Source of the DNA: an uncultured Erysipelotrichaceae bacterium
Lineage (GTDB): Bacteria; Bacillota_I; Bacilli_A; RF39; UBA660
Direction: 5' to 3'
NCBI GenBank assembly: GCA_902798815.1
Contig: CADBYH010000001.1
Location: forward strand, 5,554-69,553
DNA length: 64,000 bases
Below the pieces are notes generated by a model that saw only the letters and a list, made by a program, of their open reading frames with translations, was not told where the DNA came from and ran no database searches. Every line of letters starts with the position of its first letter. Position 1 is the stretch's first letter. Positions 19,570 to 28,657 of this stretch are shown here, in pieces. Made by a program: the position numbers and the translations under genes.

Positions 19570-20716
19570 TTAATCCATTAACATATTTATCAGTTAATTC
19601 TTTAAGAGAAACATTATATTCTGCTTGCATATTCAAATCTGCCATAAACATAATACTATTTATATTTCCATTATTATCAACTATAGGTAATCCATTGTCA
19701 CTTAAAAATCTAATTTTTGCATAGAATTCTCCAAACGATTTAGAAAAAATTATTTTGTTTTTTTCAACATCTATTCCAATAGAACTGGCAATATCCATAA
19801 TTAGCAATTTATTATAAAAAAACTTTTTAGGATAAAAACTCAATACATTATTAATAAGTTTAATAGAAATAAGTTTTTCTTTATCTAGATTAGAAAGAGT
19901 TTCTCCGTTTTCATACTTTTTCCTAATATTATTGGAATTATATCGTAATGCCACATAAAAGTTTCTTTGATCAGTTCCATCAATGAACTTTTTACCAACG
20001 CTAAAAATATCATTATATTTAGATTCTGGTAATTTTCCTGTTTTGTTAATCTCTTCTATAAATTCTACAGTTTTATTTTTTAAGGCATCAACCTCTGAAT
20101 CATATACTAATCTTTTTTTGTGATTTACTATTCTTTTCTTTTTTGAATATTTATTTAATGTCTTTACTATTTCATTATAATCATATAATTTTTGTTCTTC
20201 TAATTTAGTAAGAATTTCACCATTTTGTTGTTTAATTTTGATTATTTTTATGCATGCAAGTAAATGATCATAATAAGATCTTTGATCAGCACCATTAGAA
20301 AAAACTCTTTCTGATACATTATTATTTAGTTTTTTTGTTTTAGGAAGTCGTTTTAATATCTCTATAGATTCAATTAATTCTGCAGCATGAGAACTTAATG
20401 TAATAGTATCTGATTTTTTTCTTTCATTTTTTTTATTAGGTTTATTTGTTTCTACTTTAATATTTAATTGTTTGAATAGAACAATTAATTTCTTATAGAT
20501 TCTATCTAAATCAAAATCAACAGCTTGTCTTGAGATATTAAGTCTATTAGCAATCTCTATTATTTTCATTTTAGCATTACCAGACTCGTCAAATCTCATA
20601 TCATAAATAATAGTTTGTTTTTTACTTAAAACTTTATGTATTTTTTCATTTAATCTCTTTTTACTAACAACTTTTGTTTTAAAAGCATCAGAAACAAAAT
20701 CATCTCTTTTTTTCAT
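19523..20716 (-). CDS. hypothetical protein with N-terminal sigma-70 region-4-like HTH and an internally duplicated module
   Basis: HTH-like segment IIEIANRLNISRQAVDFDLDRIYKKL. Two copies of an approximately 70-aa module: LP.TK..SNGADQRSYY...QQNGEILTKLEEQKL and LPESK..IDGTDQRNFY...YENGETLSNLDKEKL. Confidence 0.6.
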   Translation of the reverse strand: MKKRDDFVSDAFKTKVVSKKRLNEKIHKVLSKKQTIIYDMRFDESGNAKMKIIEIANRLNISRQAVDFDLDRIYKKLIVLFKQLNIKVETNKPNKKNERKKSDTITLSSHAAELIESIEILKRLPKTKKLNNNVSERVFSNGADQRSYYDHLLACIKIIKIKQQNGEILTKLEEQKLYDYNEIVKTLNKYSKKKRIVNHKKRLVYDSEVDALKNKTVEFIEEINKTGKLPESKYNDIFSVGKKFIDGTDQRNFYVALRYNSNNIRKKYENGETLSNLDKEKLISIKLINNVLSFYPKKFFYNKLLIMDIASSIGIDVEKNKIIFSKSFGEFYAKIRFLSDNGLPIVDNNGNINSIMFMADLNMQAEYNVSLKELTDKYVNGLIDSKVACDVVKKIYR

Positions 20717-20788
20717 AGTATCCCCCTTAAAAACAACGCTTATTATATCTTAAACATCCATTTTTGTCCATAAAAAAAATATATTGAA

Positions 20789-21691
20789 TTAATATATTTT
20801 CTTTTCAAATTTTTCTTTCTTTTCAGCAGCCTTAACTACTTGAGTTAAAATATTTAAGGCAATTTGTTCGGTTTTTCTATTTATATCTCTTAATGGATTA
20901 AACTGTACAATATCAAAAGATAGAACTTCTTTTATATTTTTAGCTAGATATTCACTTATTTTCATAGCATCTTCTTCAGTAATACCATCAAATTCAGGAG
21001 TAGAAACTCCAGGTGCAAATTCTGGATCAATAATATCAATGTCGTAGCAAACATGTACACCTTTTGTTTTATACCCAGCAATTTTAAATGCTTCATCTAA
21101 AATTGCTTCTATTCCTTTTTCTTTGATGTCATCTTGAGAGAAAACAGTAATTCCTGAATATCTAACATTATCTTTTTCTTTATCACTAACACCTCTACCA
21201 CCTATAAGAACAGTACGTGAAGGTTGAATAACTTTACCATCATGATAATATCTTAATTCATTACACTTATAACCTGTAATTGCCGCTAAAGACAAACCAT
21301 CTATATTACCAGTTAATGTTGATTCAAATGTATTATAATTAGCATGAGCATCAATCCAAATAATACCAACATCAGTATTTACTTTAGTACAAGCAAGTGC
21401 AGAAGGAATACAAACAGAGTTATCTCCACCAACAACAATAGGGAAGAACTCTTCTTTTGTCTTTTCTACTATATTTTTATACAATTGAGAATTATATTTA
21501 TCAATTTCATATTCATTTTTTCTTCTATCTGAAAGATTTCTACTTTTAATAATAGATTTATCAGCATCTAACATCATTGATTCACCTTTATAGAAGGCAT
21601 TCAAATCATTCATTAATTGTGTAGGTCCAAGACTAGTTCCATCAATATGAACACCTAAATCACTACCTGCACCAAAAATCATCGTTCTCAT
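20789..21691 (-). CDS. arginase/ureohydrolase-family protein with non-canonical active-site residues
   Basis: Aligns by eye with Bacillus RocF, for example FPIVVGGDNSV..IIWIDAHANYNT..TGNIDG..VHVCYDIDIIDPEFAPGVSTP..FNP. However, GGDHS is GGDNS, DAHxD is DAHAN, GNxHG is GNIDG, and the EVNP Glu is Gln. Confidence 0.75.
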   Translation of the reverse strand: MRTMIFGAGSDLGVHIDGTSLGPTQLMNDLNAFYKGESMMLDADKSIIKSRNLSDRRKNEYEIDKYNSQLYKNIVEKTKEEFFPIVVGGDNSVCIPSALACTKVNTDVGIIWIDAHANYNTFESTLTGNIDGLSLAAITGYKCNELRYYHDGKVIQPSRTVLIGGRGVSDKEKDNVRYSGITVFSQDDIKEKGIEAILDEAFKIAGYKTKGVHVCYDIDIIDPEFAPGVSTPEFDGITEEDAMKISEYLAKNIKEVLSFDIVQFNPLRDINRKTEQIALNILTQVVKAAEKKEKFEKKIY

Positions 21692-21858
21692 ATTATCACC
21701 AATTCAATTTTATCTTATAATATAACTAATATCAATAATTTGAAATTAAATTTACTATCGTTTACATAAAAGTGACATTTATAAAAAATAATGATATAAT
21801 TCTTTACTAGTAATGGATTATACTGACTAATTATGATATATTAATAAAGGTGAACATA

Positions 21859-22317
21859 ATGATTAGAAAGATTATAAAATTAATTATAGTTGTTTTATGT
21901 ATGGCAATAATCTTTTCATTTTCAACAGATACAGGTACTGAATCAAATAAAAAGAGTGATGGAGTAATTATTAGTATTTGTAAAACATTTATAAAACATG
22001 ATTTATCAACTAAAGAAAAGGAAAAATATATTAATAAGTACGTAAAGTTAGTTAGAAAATCAGCTCATTTTCTAATATACCTAATATTAGGAATATCAAT
22101 AATAAGTTTAATAAAAGAGTATCAAATAATTAATTCAAAGGCATTACTTATCGCAATAACCATTTCATTTTTATATGCATGTAGTGATGAAATACACCAA
22201 TTATTTGTGAATGGTAGAACAGGAAAGATAATAGATGTCTTAATAGATACTTTAGGTTCAATAGTGGGAGTATATTTATATTACTATATATATAAATTTA
22301 GGAGGAAAAAAGTATGA
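21859..22317 (+). CDS. VanZ family membrane protein
   Basis: Motifs KSAHFLIYLILG and DEIHQLFVNGRTG..DVLIDTLG are typical of VanZ-like proteins. The ATG at 21859 follows RBS AAGGTGA; the track start at 21850 is a GTG. Confidence 0.8.
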   Translation: MIRKIIKLIIVVLCMAIIFSFSTDTGTESNKKSDGVIISICKTFIKHDLSTKEKEKYINKYVKLVRKSAHFLIYLILGISIISLIKEYQIINSKALLIAITISFLYACSDEIHQLFVNGRTGKIIDVLIDTLGSIVGVYLYYYIYKFRRKKV

Positions 22318-23720
22318 ATAAGAAAAAACAACTTGCCAAAAATACAATTATAATATTTTTTGGTAAAGTATGTACTCAATTAATCTCGTTTCTTTTACTT
22401 CCTTTATATACAGCATATCTAAAAACAAGTGAGTATGGAATTGTTGATTTAATTCAAACTTATGTAACTTTACTAGTTCCTATAATAACATTAGAACTAG
22501 AGATGAGTATTTTTAGATGGTTAATAGATTCACGAGGGAAAGAAAAAGATACTGATAAATTAATAAGTAATAATTTTTATGTTTTATTACTAAGTTTAAC
22601 CATCTTCAGTATATTATTCTTTATAGTAACATTATTTGTAGATATACCATTTAAATATATTATTTTAATAGACATAATAGTCTGTGTTTTATCAGGAAAC
22701 TTCTTACAAATATCTCGAGGACTTGGTAAGATAATGGATTTTTCTATTAGTTGTATTTTAACCGGTCTAACAACAGTTCTATCTAATATATTCTTAATAG
22801 TATTTTTACATATGCAAGCAGAAGGTATGATAATATCAATGGCATTAGCTAATTTTATCTGTGCAGCATACTTATTTATAAAGTTGAAATTATATAAAAG
22901 AATTAATTTTAAATTAATAGATCATAAACTTTTAAAGGAAATGTATAAATATTCAATTCCATTAGTACCAAATGGAATAAGTTGGTGGATAGTTAATGTT
23001 TCAGATAGAAGTATAATATCTATTGTTTTGGGAGCAACAGCAAATGGATTTTACGCTATAAGTAATAAATTTCCAACAATCATATCAAGTCTAACAGGTA
23101 TCTTTAATTTAAGTTGGAGTGAATCAGCATCTCTTCATATAAATAGTAAAGATAGAGATGAATTCTTTTCAGATATAACAAATACAATTATTAAATTATT
23201 TTCATCATTAGGAGTAGGTATGATAGCATGTATGCCATTTGTCTTCCCAATAATGATAAATAGTAAATATAATGAAGCATACATGTATATACCACCATTA
23301 GTATTAGCAACAGTATTTAATGTATTAATATGTTTATATAGTCAAATCTACTTAGCAAAGAAAATGTCTAAACAAGTAGCATCAACAACAATTATGGGAG
23401 CAATAATAAATATATTATTAAATATAATATTTATTAGATACATAGGATTATATGCAGCTGCCTTATCAACAACAATATCATATTTAATAATGGCAGTATA
23501 TAGACATTTTGATCTAAAAAAATATGTAAATATCAAACTAGAAAAGTCATTAATTCTTCAGATGATAATAATCTATTCTATAGCAATATCTGCATATTAT
23601 ATAAACAATATCTATCTAAATATAATAAGTTTAATGATGGCATGTTTCTACTCATTTATTATTAATAAAGATTTCTTATATAAAAGTATAAAAACAGTTA
23701 AAAATAAATTAAAAAAATAA
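22314..23720 (+). CDS. oligosaccharide/polysaccharide flippase (Wzx/MOP superfamily)
   Basis: 468 aa with about 12-14 TM segments. The N-terminus (NTIIIFFGKVCTQLISFLLLPLYTAYL) is typical of the polysaccharide biosynthesis protein family. Start overlaps the vanZ stop (ATGA). Confidence 0.7.
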   Translation: MNKKKQLAKNTIIIFFGKVCTQLISFLLLPLYTAYLKTSEYGIVDLIQTYVTLLVPIITLELEMSIFRWLIDSRGKEKDTDKLISNNFYVLLLSLTIFSILFFIVTLFVDIPFKYIILIDIIVCVLSGNFLQISRGLGKIMDFSISCILTGLTTVLSNIFLIVFLHMQAEGMIISMALANFICAAYLFIKLKLYKRINFKLIDHKLLKEMYKYSIPLVPNGISWWIVNVSDRSIISIVLGATANGFYAISNKFPTIISSLTGIFNLSWSESASLHINSKDRDEFFSDITNTIIKLFSSLGVGMIACMPFVFPIMINSKYNEAYMYIPPLVLATVFNVLICLYSQIYLAKKMSKQVASTTIMGAIINILLNIIFIRYIGLYAAALSTTISYLIMAVYRHFDLKKYVNIKLEKSLILQMIIIYSIAISAYYINNIYLNIISLMMACFYSFIINKDFLYKSIKTVKNKLKK

Positions 23721-23744
23721 ACATATAATTACTTAGGTGATTAT

Positions 23745-24428
23745 ATGTTTTTATTTGATTTAATTAGAAGTATTATTTCATTTACAGGTAGCTATTCACA
23801 AGATGCTTTCTTAGAACCATTATCAAAAGAAGAGGAAGATAAATATATTAAACTCAAAAATATAGATAAAAATGCAAGAAATAAATTAATTGAACACAAT
23901 CTAAGGTTGGTAGCGCATATCGTAAAAAAATATGATTCAAAAGAATTAGATAATGATGACTTAATAAGTATTGGAACAATAGGACTAATAAAGGGAGTAG
24001 ATACATTTAAAGAAGGGCATAATGTTAAAATAACTACATATTGTGCAAGATGTATAGAAAATGAAATATTAATGTATTTTAGAAAAAATAATAAATATAG
24101 TGCAGATTTATCAATAAATGAAGCAGTTGGTTATGATAAAGATGGAAATCCTATTGAAATAATAGATATTTTAAAAGTAGAAGATAATGATTTCTCAGAA
24201 AATCTAGAATTAAAAGAAAATATAAAACTATTAATGAAATATATGAATGTTCTTACTAAAAGGGAAAAAGAAATAATAATAGATAGATATGGATTAGATA
24301 ATAAAAAGAGTAAAACGCAAAAAAACATCTCTAATAAATTAGGAATAAGTAGAAGTTATGTATCAAGAATCGAAAAAAGAGCATTAACGAAATTACTAAG
24401 AGAATTTATTAAGAATAATAAAATATAA
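23745..24428 (+). CDS. sigK: RNA polymerase sporulation sigma factor SigK (pro-sigma-K, uninterrupted)
   Basis: Strong match to B. subtilis SigK blocks: LIEHNLRLVAHIVKKY, DLISIGTIGLIKG, TYCARCIENEILM, GISRSYVSRIEKRAL. It also has a hydrophobic N-terminal pro-sequence of about 20 aa. Confidence 0.88.
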   Translation: MFLFDLIRSIISFTGSYSQDAFLEPLSKEEEDKYIKLKNIDKNARNKLIEHNLRLVAHIVKKYDSKELDNDDLISIGTIGLIKGVDTFKEGHNVKITTYCARCIENEILMYFRKNNKYSADLSINEAVGYDKDGNPIEIIDILKVEDNDFSENLELKENIKLLMKYMNVLTKREKEIIIDRYGLDNKKSKTQKNISNKLGISRSYVSRIEKRALTKLLREFIKNNKI

Positions 24429-24508
24429 TAATTTACAAATCTAGTTAAATAACTTATAATATAGGTGAAATATATAGAGTGATAGCGTGTATTATAAGGA
24501 TGGTTATT

Positions 24509-25900
24509 ATGTATAGATTTGGTTTAAACAAGACATTTGTTATTTGGAGTATATTAATACTATGTTTATTTGGATCAATAATCTCTATTGATAGATTATT
24601 ACTACCCCAAATAGAATTAAAAAATGGAGAAAGAGTAGTTATTAATTATAAAGAAAAATACAAAGAAAAAGGTTATGAGGCAACTTTACTAGGAGATGAT
24701 ATTACAGATGATGTAAAAGTAACTGGTAAAGTTAATTCAAATAAACTTGGAGAATATGAACTAACTTATACAGTAAAAAACGGTTTCTTTAAAAGAAAAG
24801 TAAAAAGATATGTCTATGTTTCTGATATTGAAAAACCAAAGATGAGTATTACCAAAGATGATGTATATGTATGTCCTGATGAAAATGTAAAAAAAGAAAA
24901 AGTTAATGCTAAAGATAATTATGATGGAGATATTTCGTCAAAAGTAAAAGTAAAAATTGGAAAAAATAAGATAATATATTCAGTGACAGATTCTAGTGGC
25001 AATAAAACAACTATAGTAAAAAAGGTATATTATAAAGATATAGAAAAACCAACAATTACACTAACAGGAGATGCTGAACAAACAATATATTTAGGTAAAG
25101 AATATAACGATGAGGGATATACTATAACAGACAACTGTGATAAAAACATTAAAGACAAAGTAACAAAAACAGGAGAAGTTAATGTAAATGCCGAAGGAAC
25201 ATATGAAATAGTTTATAAAGCAACAGATGATGCTGGTAATGAAGGTGTTGCTACTAGAAAAGTTAGAGTAGTTGATAATAAGGGAGTAATCTACCTAACA
25301 TTTGATGATGGTCCAAATGATGGAACAACAAATGTAATATTAGATATCTTAAAGGAAGAAGGCGTAAAAGCAACTTTCTTTGTAACATGTAATGGTCCTG
25401 ATTATCTTATAAAAAGAGAATATGATGAAGGACATACAGTTGCTCTACATACTGCAACACATAATTATGCAAGAATCTACTCATCTGATGCAGCATACTT
25501 TGCAGATTTAGAACAAGTAGGAGCAAGAGTTAAAAATATTACTGGTTATGACTCTAAAATAATAAGATTTCCAGGTGGAGCAAGTAATACAATAAGTCGT
25601 AAGTATTCACAAGGAATAATGTCAAGAATAACTAGAGAAGCATTAAATAGAGGTTACAAATATTATGACTGGAATATTTCATCAGGAGATGCTGGAAACA
25701 CAACTGATCCAAATGTTGTATACTCCAATGTTGTTAATAGTTTAAGAACAGACAGAGCAAATATGGTTTTAATGCATGATATTAAAACTTATACAAGAGA
25801 TGCTTTAAGAAATATTATTAGATTTGGTAAAAATAATGGTTATAGATTTGAGAAGATTACTTATGATACTGAAATGATTACTCAAAGAGTTAATAATTAG
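24509..25900 (+). CDS. membrane-anchored polysaccharide deacetylase (NodB/CE4) with three Ig-like modules
   Basis: NodB motifs are TFDDGP, HTVALHTATH, RFPGGA and LMHD. They are preceded by three repeated modules (DD/DN..D..V.V.G.V......G.Y...Y...D..GN). The ATG at 24509 follows AAGGA; the track start is a GTG at 24479. Confidence 0.85.
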   Translation: MYRFGLNKTFVIWSILILCLFGSIISIDRLLLPQIELKNGERVVINYKEKYKEKGYEATLLGDDITDDVKVTGKVNSNKLGEYELTYTVKNGFFKRKVKRYVYVSDIEKPKMSITKDDVYVCPDENVKKEKVNAKDNYDGDISSKVKVKIGKNKIIYSVTDSSGNKTTIVKKVYYKDIEKPTITLTGDAEQTIYLGKEYNDEGYTITDNCDKNIKDKVTKTGEVNVNAEGTYEIVYKATDDAGNEGVATRKVRVVDNKGVIYLTFDDGPNDGTTNVILDILKEEGVKATFFVTCNGPDYLIKREYDEGHTVALHTATHNYARIYSSDAAYFADLEQVGARVKNITGYDSKIIRFPGGASNTISRKYSQGIMSRITREALNRGYKYYDWNISSGDAGNTTDPNVVYSNVVNSLRTDRANMVLMHDIKTYTRDALRNIIRFGKNNGYRFEKITYDTEMITQRVNN

Positions 25901-25908
25901 GTGGTTAT

Positions 25909-26514
25909 ATGGAAGGTGTATTTGCTTTATTTGCTTTTCTTATACTAGTTTATATTTTTTCATTTAAATTTAGAAAAGTAAATGAATATCATAAAAAAAG
26001 AGAAGTTGAACTAAGAGATGAAAATATAAAACATGAAGTGGAATTGAAAAATTCTATAAAAGAATATTTTCCTGGATATACCAGAGAAAGTCTTGAAGAA
26101 GAAATTAAAAATACAATCTATAAAATATTAAATGCATATACGAATTATGACTATGATACTTTAAATAAAATGTGTACAGAAGAATTATTTGATAAATATA
26201 AAATACAATTAGATAAATTGAAAAACAAAAACAAAAAAAATATTTTTAGTGATTTTGAAGAAGAAACAATTGATATTAATAATATATATGAATCAAATGG
26301 TACAGTTACTTTAGAAATTTGGTATTATTCTAAATACTATAATTATATTATCAACAAAAATAATAGAGTTATCAAAGGATCGAAAAAGGAAAAATATAGT
26401 GACTCATTTTCAATGAAATTTATAGTTACTAAAAATGAGGGATTAACTTTATCAGAAGATAATCATTTAATATCAGAAGATGAAGATTATATATTAATAA
26501 AAGGAATTATGTAG
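25909..26514 (+). CDS. membrane-anchored hypothetical protein, possibly Tim44-like domain
   Basis: N-terminal TM helix, then a segment (ILNAYTNYDYDTLNKMCTEELFDKY) reminiscent of Tim44-like/SnoaL-fold proteins. This is weak recognition only. Confidence 0.35.
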   Translation: MEGVFALFAFLILVYIFSFKFRKVNEYHKKREVELRDENIKHEVELKNSIKEYFPGYTRESLEEEIKNTIYKILNAYTNYDYDTLNKMCTEELFDKYKIQLDKLKNKNKKNIFSDFEEETIDINNIYESNGTVTLEIWYYSKYYNYIINKNNRVIKGSKKEKYSDSFSMKFIVTKNEGLTLSEDNHLISEDEDYILIKGIM

Positions 26515-26568
26515 AGATGTTAGACAAATAAATATTAATAATATATAATATCTACCAGGAGTGATTCT

Positions 26569-27087
26569 ATGGATTATTTAAAACCAACAATTTATAGAAA
26601 AAATATTTATGATATTAACTATAAAAAACTAAAGAAGATAGGCATTAAATGTCTAATATTTGATTTAGATAATACATTAGGATTAATTAAAAATAGAGTT
26701 TGTCCCAAAGAAACAAAAAAGTTAATAAATAAATTAAAAAAAGAATTTATTGTTATAGTATGTTCAAATAATACAAAGAAAAGATTAACTCCATATACTG
26801 ATGAATTAGAAATAGATGGAGTTTCATGGAGCTTTAAACCTTCAACAAGAGTTCTTAAAAAAATTCAAAATAAATATAATCTAGAAAAACAAGAAATGTG
26901 TATAATAGGTGATCAATTAGTAACAGATATATTATCAGGCAAAAAATATAATATAATGACTATTTTAGTTGATCCATTAGGAAAAAAAGATCTTAAAATA
27001 ACAATACTAAATAGAGTAATAGAAAATATAATATTAAAAAAATATAAAAAGAATAAAATATTTGAAAGAGGCAATTATTATGAGTAA
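26569..27087 (+). CDS. yqeG: YqeG-family HAD-IIIA phosphatase
   Basis: HAD motif I LIFDLDNTL, later GDQLVTDI. Immediately upstream of yqeH, as in Bacillus. Confidence 0.8.
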   Translation: MDYLKPTIYRKNIYDINYKKLKKIGIKCLIFDLDNTLGLIKNRVCPKETKKLINKLKKEFIVIVCSNNTKKRLTPYTDELEIDGVSWSFKPSTRVLKKIQNKYNLEKQEMCIIGDQLVTDILSGKKYNIMTILVDPLGKKDLKITILNRVIENIILKKYKKNKIFERGNYYE

Positions 27088-28090
27088 TGAAAAAAGATGT
27101 ACAGGATGTGGTGTCCTCCTACAAGATGAAAATATTCTTCAAGAAGGATATACTACAAATATCGAAAATGATTTATGTCAAAGATGCTTTAGAATGAAAA
27201 ATTACGGGGAATATCAGGTTATTACAAAGTCAAATGATGAATACATAGATATATTAAAAGAAGTTGGAAAAACAAAAGATTTAGTTCTATATATCACAGA
27301 TTTATTAAATATCGAAAAAAATATTGAACAAATAAGAAGTATTATAAAAAATAAAATGATACTAGTACTAAACAAAATGGATGTCTTTCCAAAATCAGTA
27401 AAAGAATCTAAGTTAAAGATGTATCTTGCTAGTAAAGATATTAATTTTGAAGAAATTATAGTAATAAGTACTGAGAAAAATTATAATATTGATTATTTAT
27501 TAAAAAGAATAAAATATTTTCAAACTAGTAAAAATGTCTATGTTGTAGGGCATACAAATGCCGGTAAGAGTAGTTTAATAAATAAATTAATAAAAAATTA
27601 TTCAGATAAGTCTCAAGAACTTACAATGAGTCCATTACCATCAACTACATTAAATATGGTAAGTATAGATATTAATAACTATTTAACTCTAATTGACACT
27701 CCAGGATTAGTAGACTATGGTTCAATGCTTAATCATGTTTCTCCAGAAATGGTAAAAAAAATTTCAGCAAAAAAAGAAATAAAACCTCGAACTTATCAAT
27801 TAAGAAAGAATCAATCAATAATAATTGAAGATCTTGTAAGAATCGATTATGTTGAAGGAGAGAAGAATAGTTTTACTTTATTTATATCTAATGATTTAAA
27901 AGTAAAAAGATTACTTAATTTATTTAATAATGATGCATTAAAAGAAAAAAATAAGATTACTTATGAAATGAAATATGATGAGGATTTAGCGATATCTGGT
28001 TTAGGATTCATAAAAATAGTTAATAAAGGAACAATAAATATCTATATAGATAAAGACGTTGATACCTTTACGAGAAAAAGTTTAATATAA
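27080..28090 (+). CDS. yqeH: ribosome biogenesis GTPase YqeH
   Basis: N-terminal zinc knuckle CTGCG...CQRC and a circularly permuted GTPase (NKMD before GHTNAGKSSLIN and DTPG). The ATG at 27080 follows RBS AAGAGG; the track start is a TTG at 27062. Confidence 0.85.
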   Translation: MSNEKRCTGCGVLLQDENILQEGYTTNIENDLCQRCFRMKNYGEYQVITKSNDEYIDILKEVGKTKDLVLYITDLLNIEKNIEQIRSIIKNKMILVLNKMDVFPKSVKESKLKMYLASKDINFEEIIVISTEKNYNIDYLLKRIKYFQTSKNVYVVGHTNAGKSSLINKLIKNYSDKSQELTMSPLPSTTLNMVSIDINNYLTLIDTPGLVDYGSMLNHVSPEMVKKISAKKEIKPRTYQLRKNQSIIIEDLVRIDYVEGEKNSFTLFISNDLKVKRLLNLFNNDALKEKNKITYEMKYDEDLAISGLGFIKIVNKGTINIYIDKDVDTFTRKSLI

Positions 28091-28183
28091 TATTTTATAA
28101 TTGTAAAATTAATGTAAATAGATAAAAAAGTAGATATAAATTATTTACTTTTTTTTTATTATTTTATAATATATATATAGGTA

Positions 28184-28207
28184 GTGGTTGAAAGTGGTGA
28201 AAAGTGG
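28184..28207 (+). promoter_or_regulatory. putative MraZ operator: three GTGG direct repeats with 10-bp phasing
   Basis: GTGG occurs at 28184, 28194 and 28204 (tAGTGGTtg aAAGTGGTga aAAGTGGGgg). The repeats lie just downstream of a TATAAT at 28165-28170 and just upstream of the mraZ ATG. Confidence 0.6.
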
Positions 28208-28219
28208 GGGATTGATAAA

Positions 28220-28657
28220 ATGTATATAGGAGAGTACCATCATACAATTGATGAAAAGGGAAGAATAATAATTCCTGCAAAGTTTAGAGATGAACTAGGT
28301 AGTGAATTTATTGTGACTCGTGGAATTGAGAACTGCCTTTTTGTCTATTCCATGAATAATTGGAATACTATATGTGAAAAGTTAAATTCACTTCCATTCA
28401 CCAGAAAAGATGCGAGAACATTTAATCGTTTCTTTATGTCAGGCGCTACAAACGTAGAATTGGATAAACAAGGACGTATTAATATATCATCTCCATTAAT
28501 AAACTATGCTAATCTAAAAAAAGATTGTGTAGTAATTGGAACAGGAGATAGATTAGAAATATGGTCTAAAGAAGACTGGGATAGTTTCTTCAATTCTAAT
28601 AAAGACAGTATGTCAGACATAGCCGAGAATTTATTTAGTGAAAGTGTGAGTCTATAA
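28220..28657 (+). CDS. mraZ: transcriptional regulator MraZ
   Basis: MYIGEYHHTIDEKGRIIIPAKFR and a second DKQGRINI repeat (duplicated SpoVT-AbrB fold). The track start at 28184 would run through the operator repeats, so ATG 28220 is preferred. Confidence 0.92.
   Translation: MYIGEYHHTIDEKGRIIIPAKFRDELGSEFIVTRGIENCLFVYSMNNWNTICEKLNSLPFTRKDARTFNRFFMSGATNVELDKQGRINISSPLINYANLKKDCVVIGTGDRLEIWSKEDWDSFFNSNKDSMSDIAENLFSESVSL

Noticed and set aside
19494-24328. ORFs 19494-19724 (+), 21344-21532 (+), 23348-23536 (-) and 24131-24328 (-)
   Set aside because: Each lies opposite a better-supported gene: the HTH protein, the arginase homolog, the flippase and sigK respectively. Their translations are low-complexity and none has an RBS.
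28184-28219. N-terminal extension of MraZ (MVESGEKWGIDK) given by the ORF track
   Set aside because: The extension is created by the GTGG operator repeats themselves. Canonical MraZ begins at the MYIGEY-type N-terminus, that is at ATG 28220.
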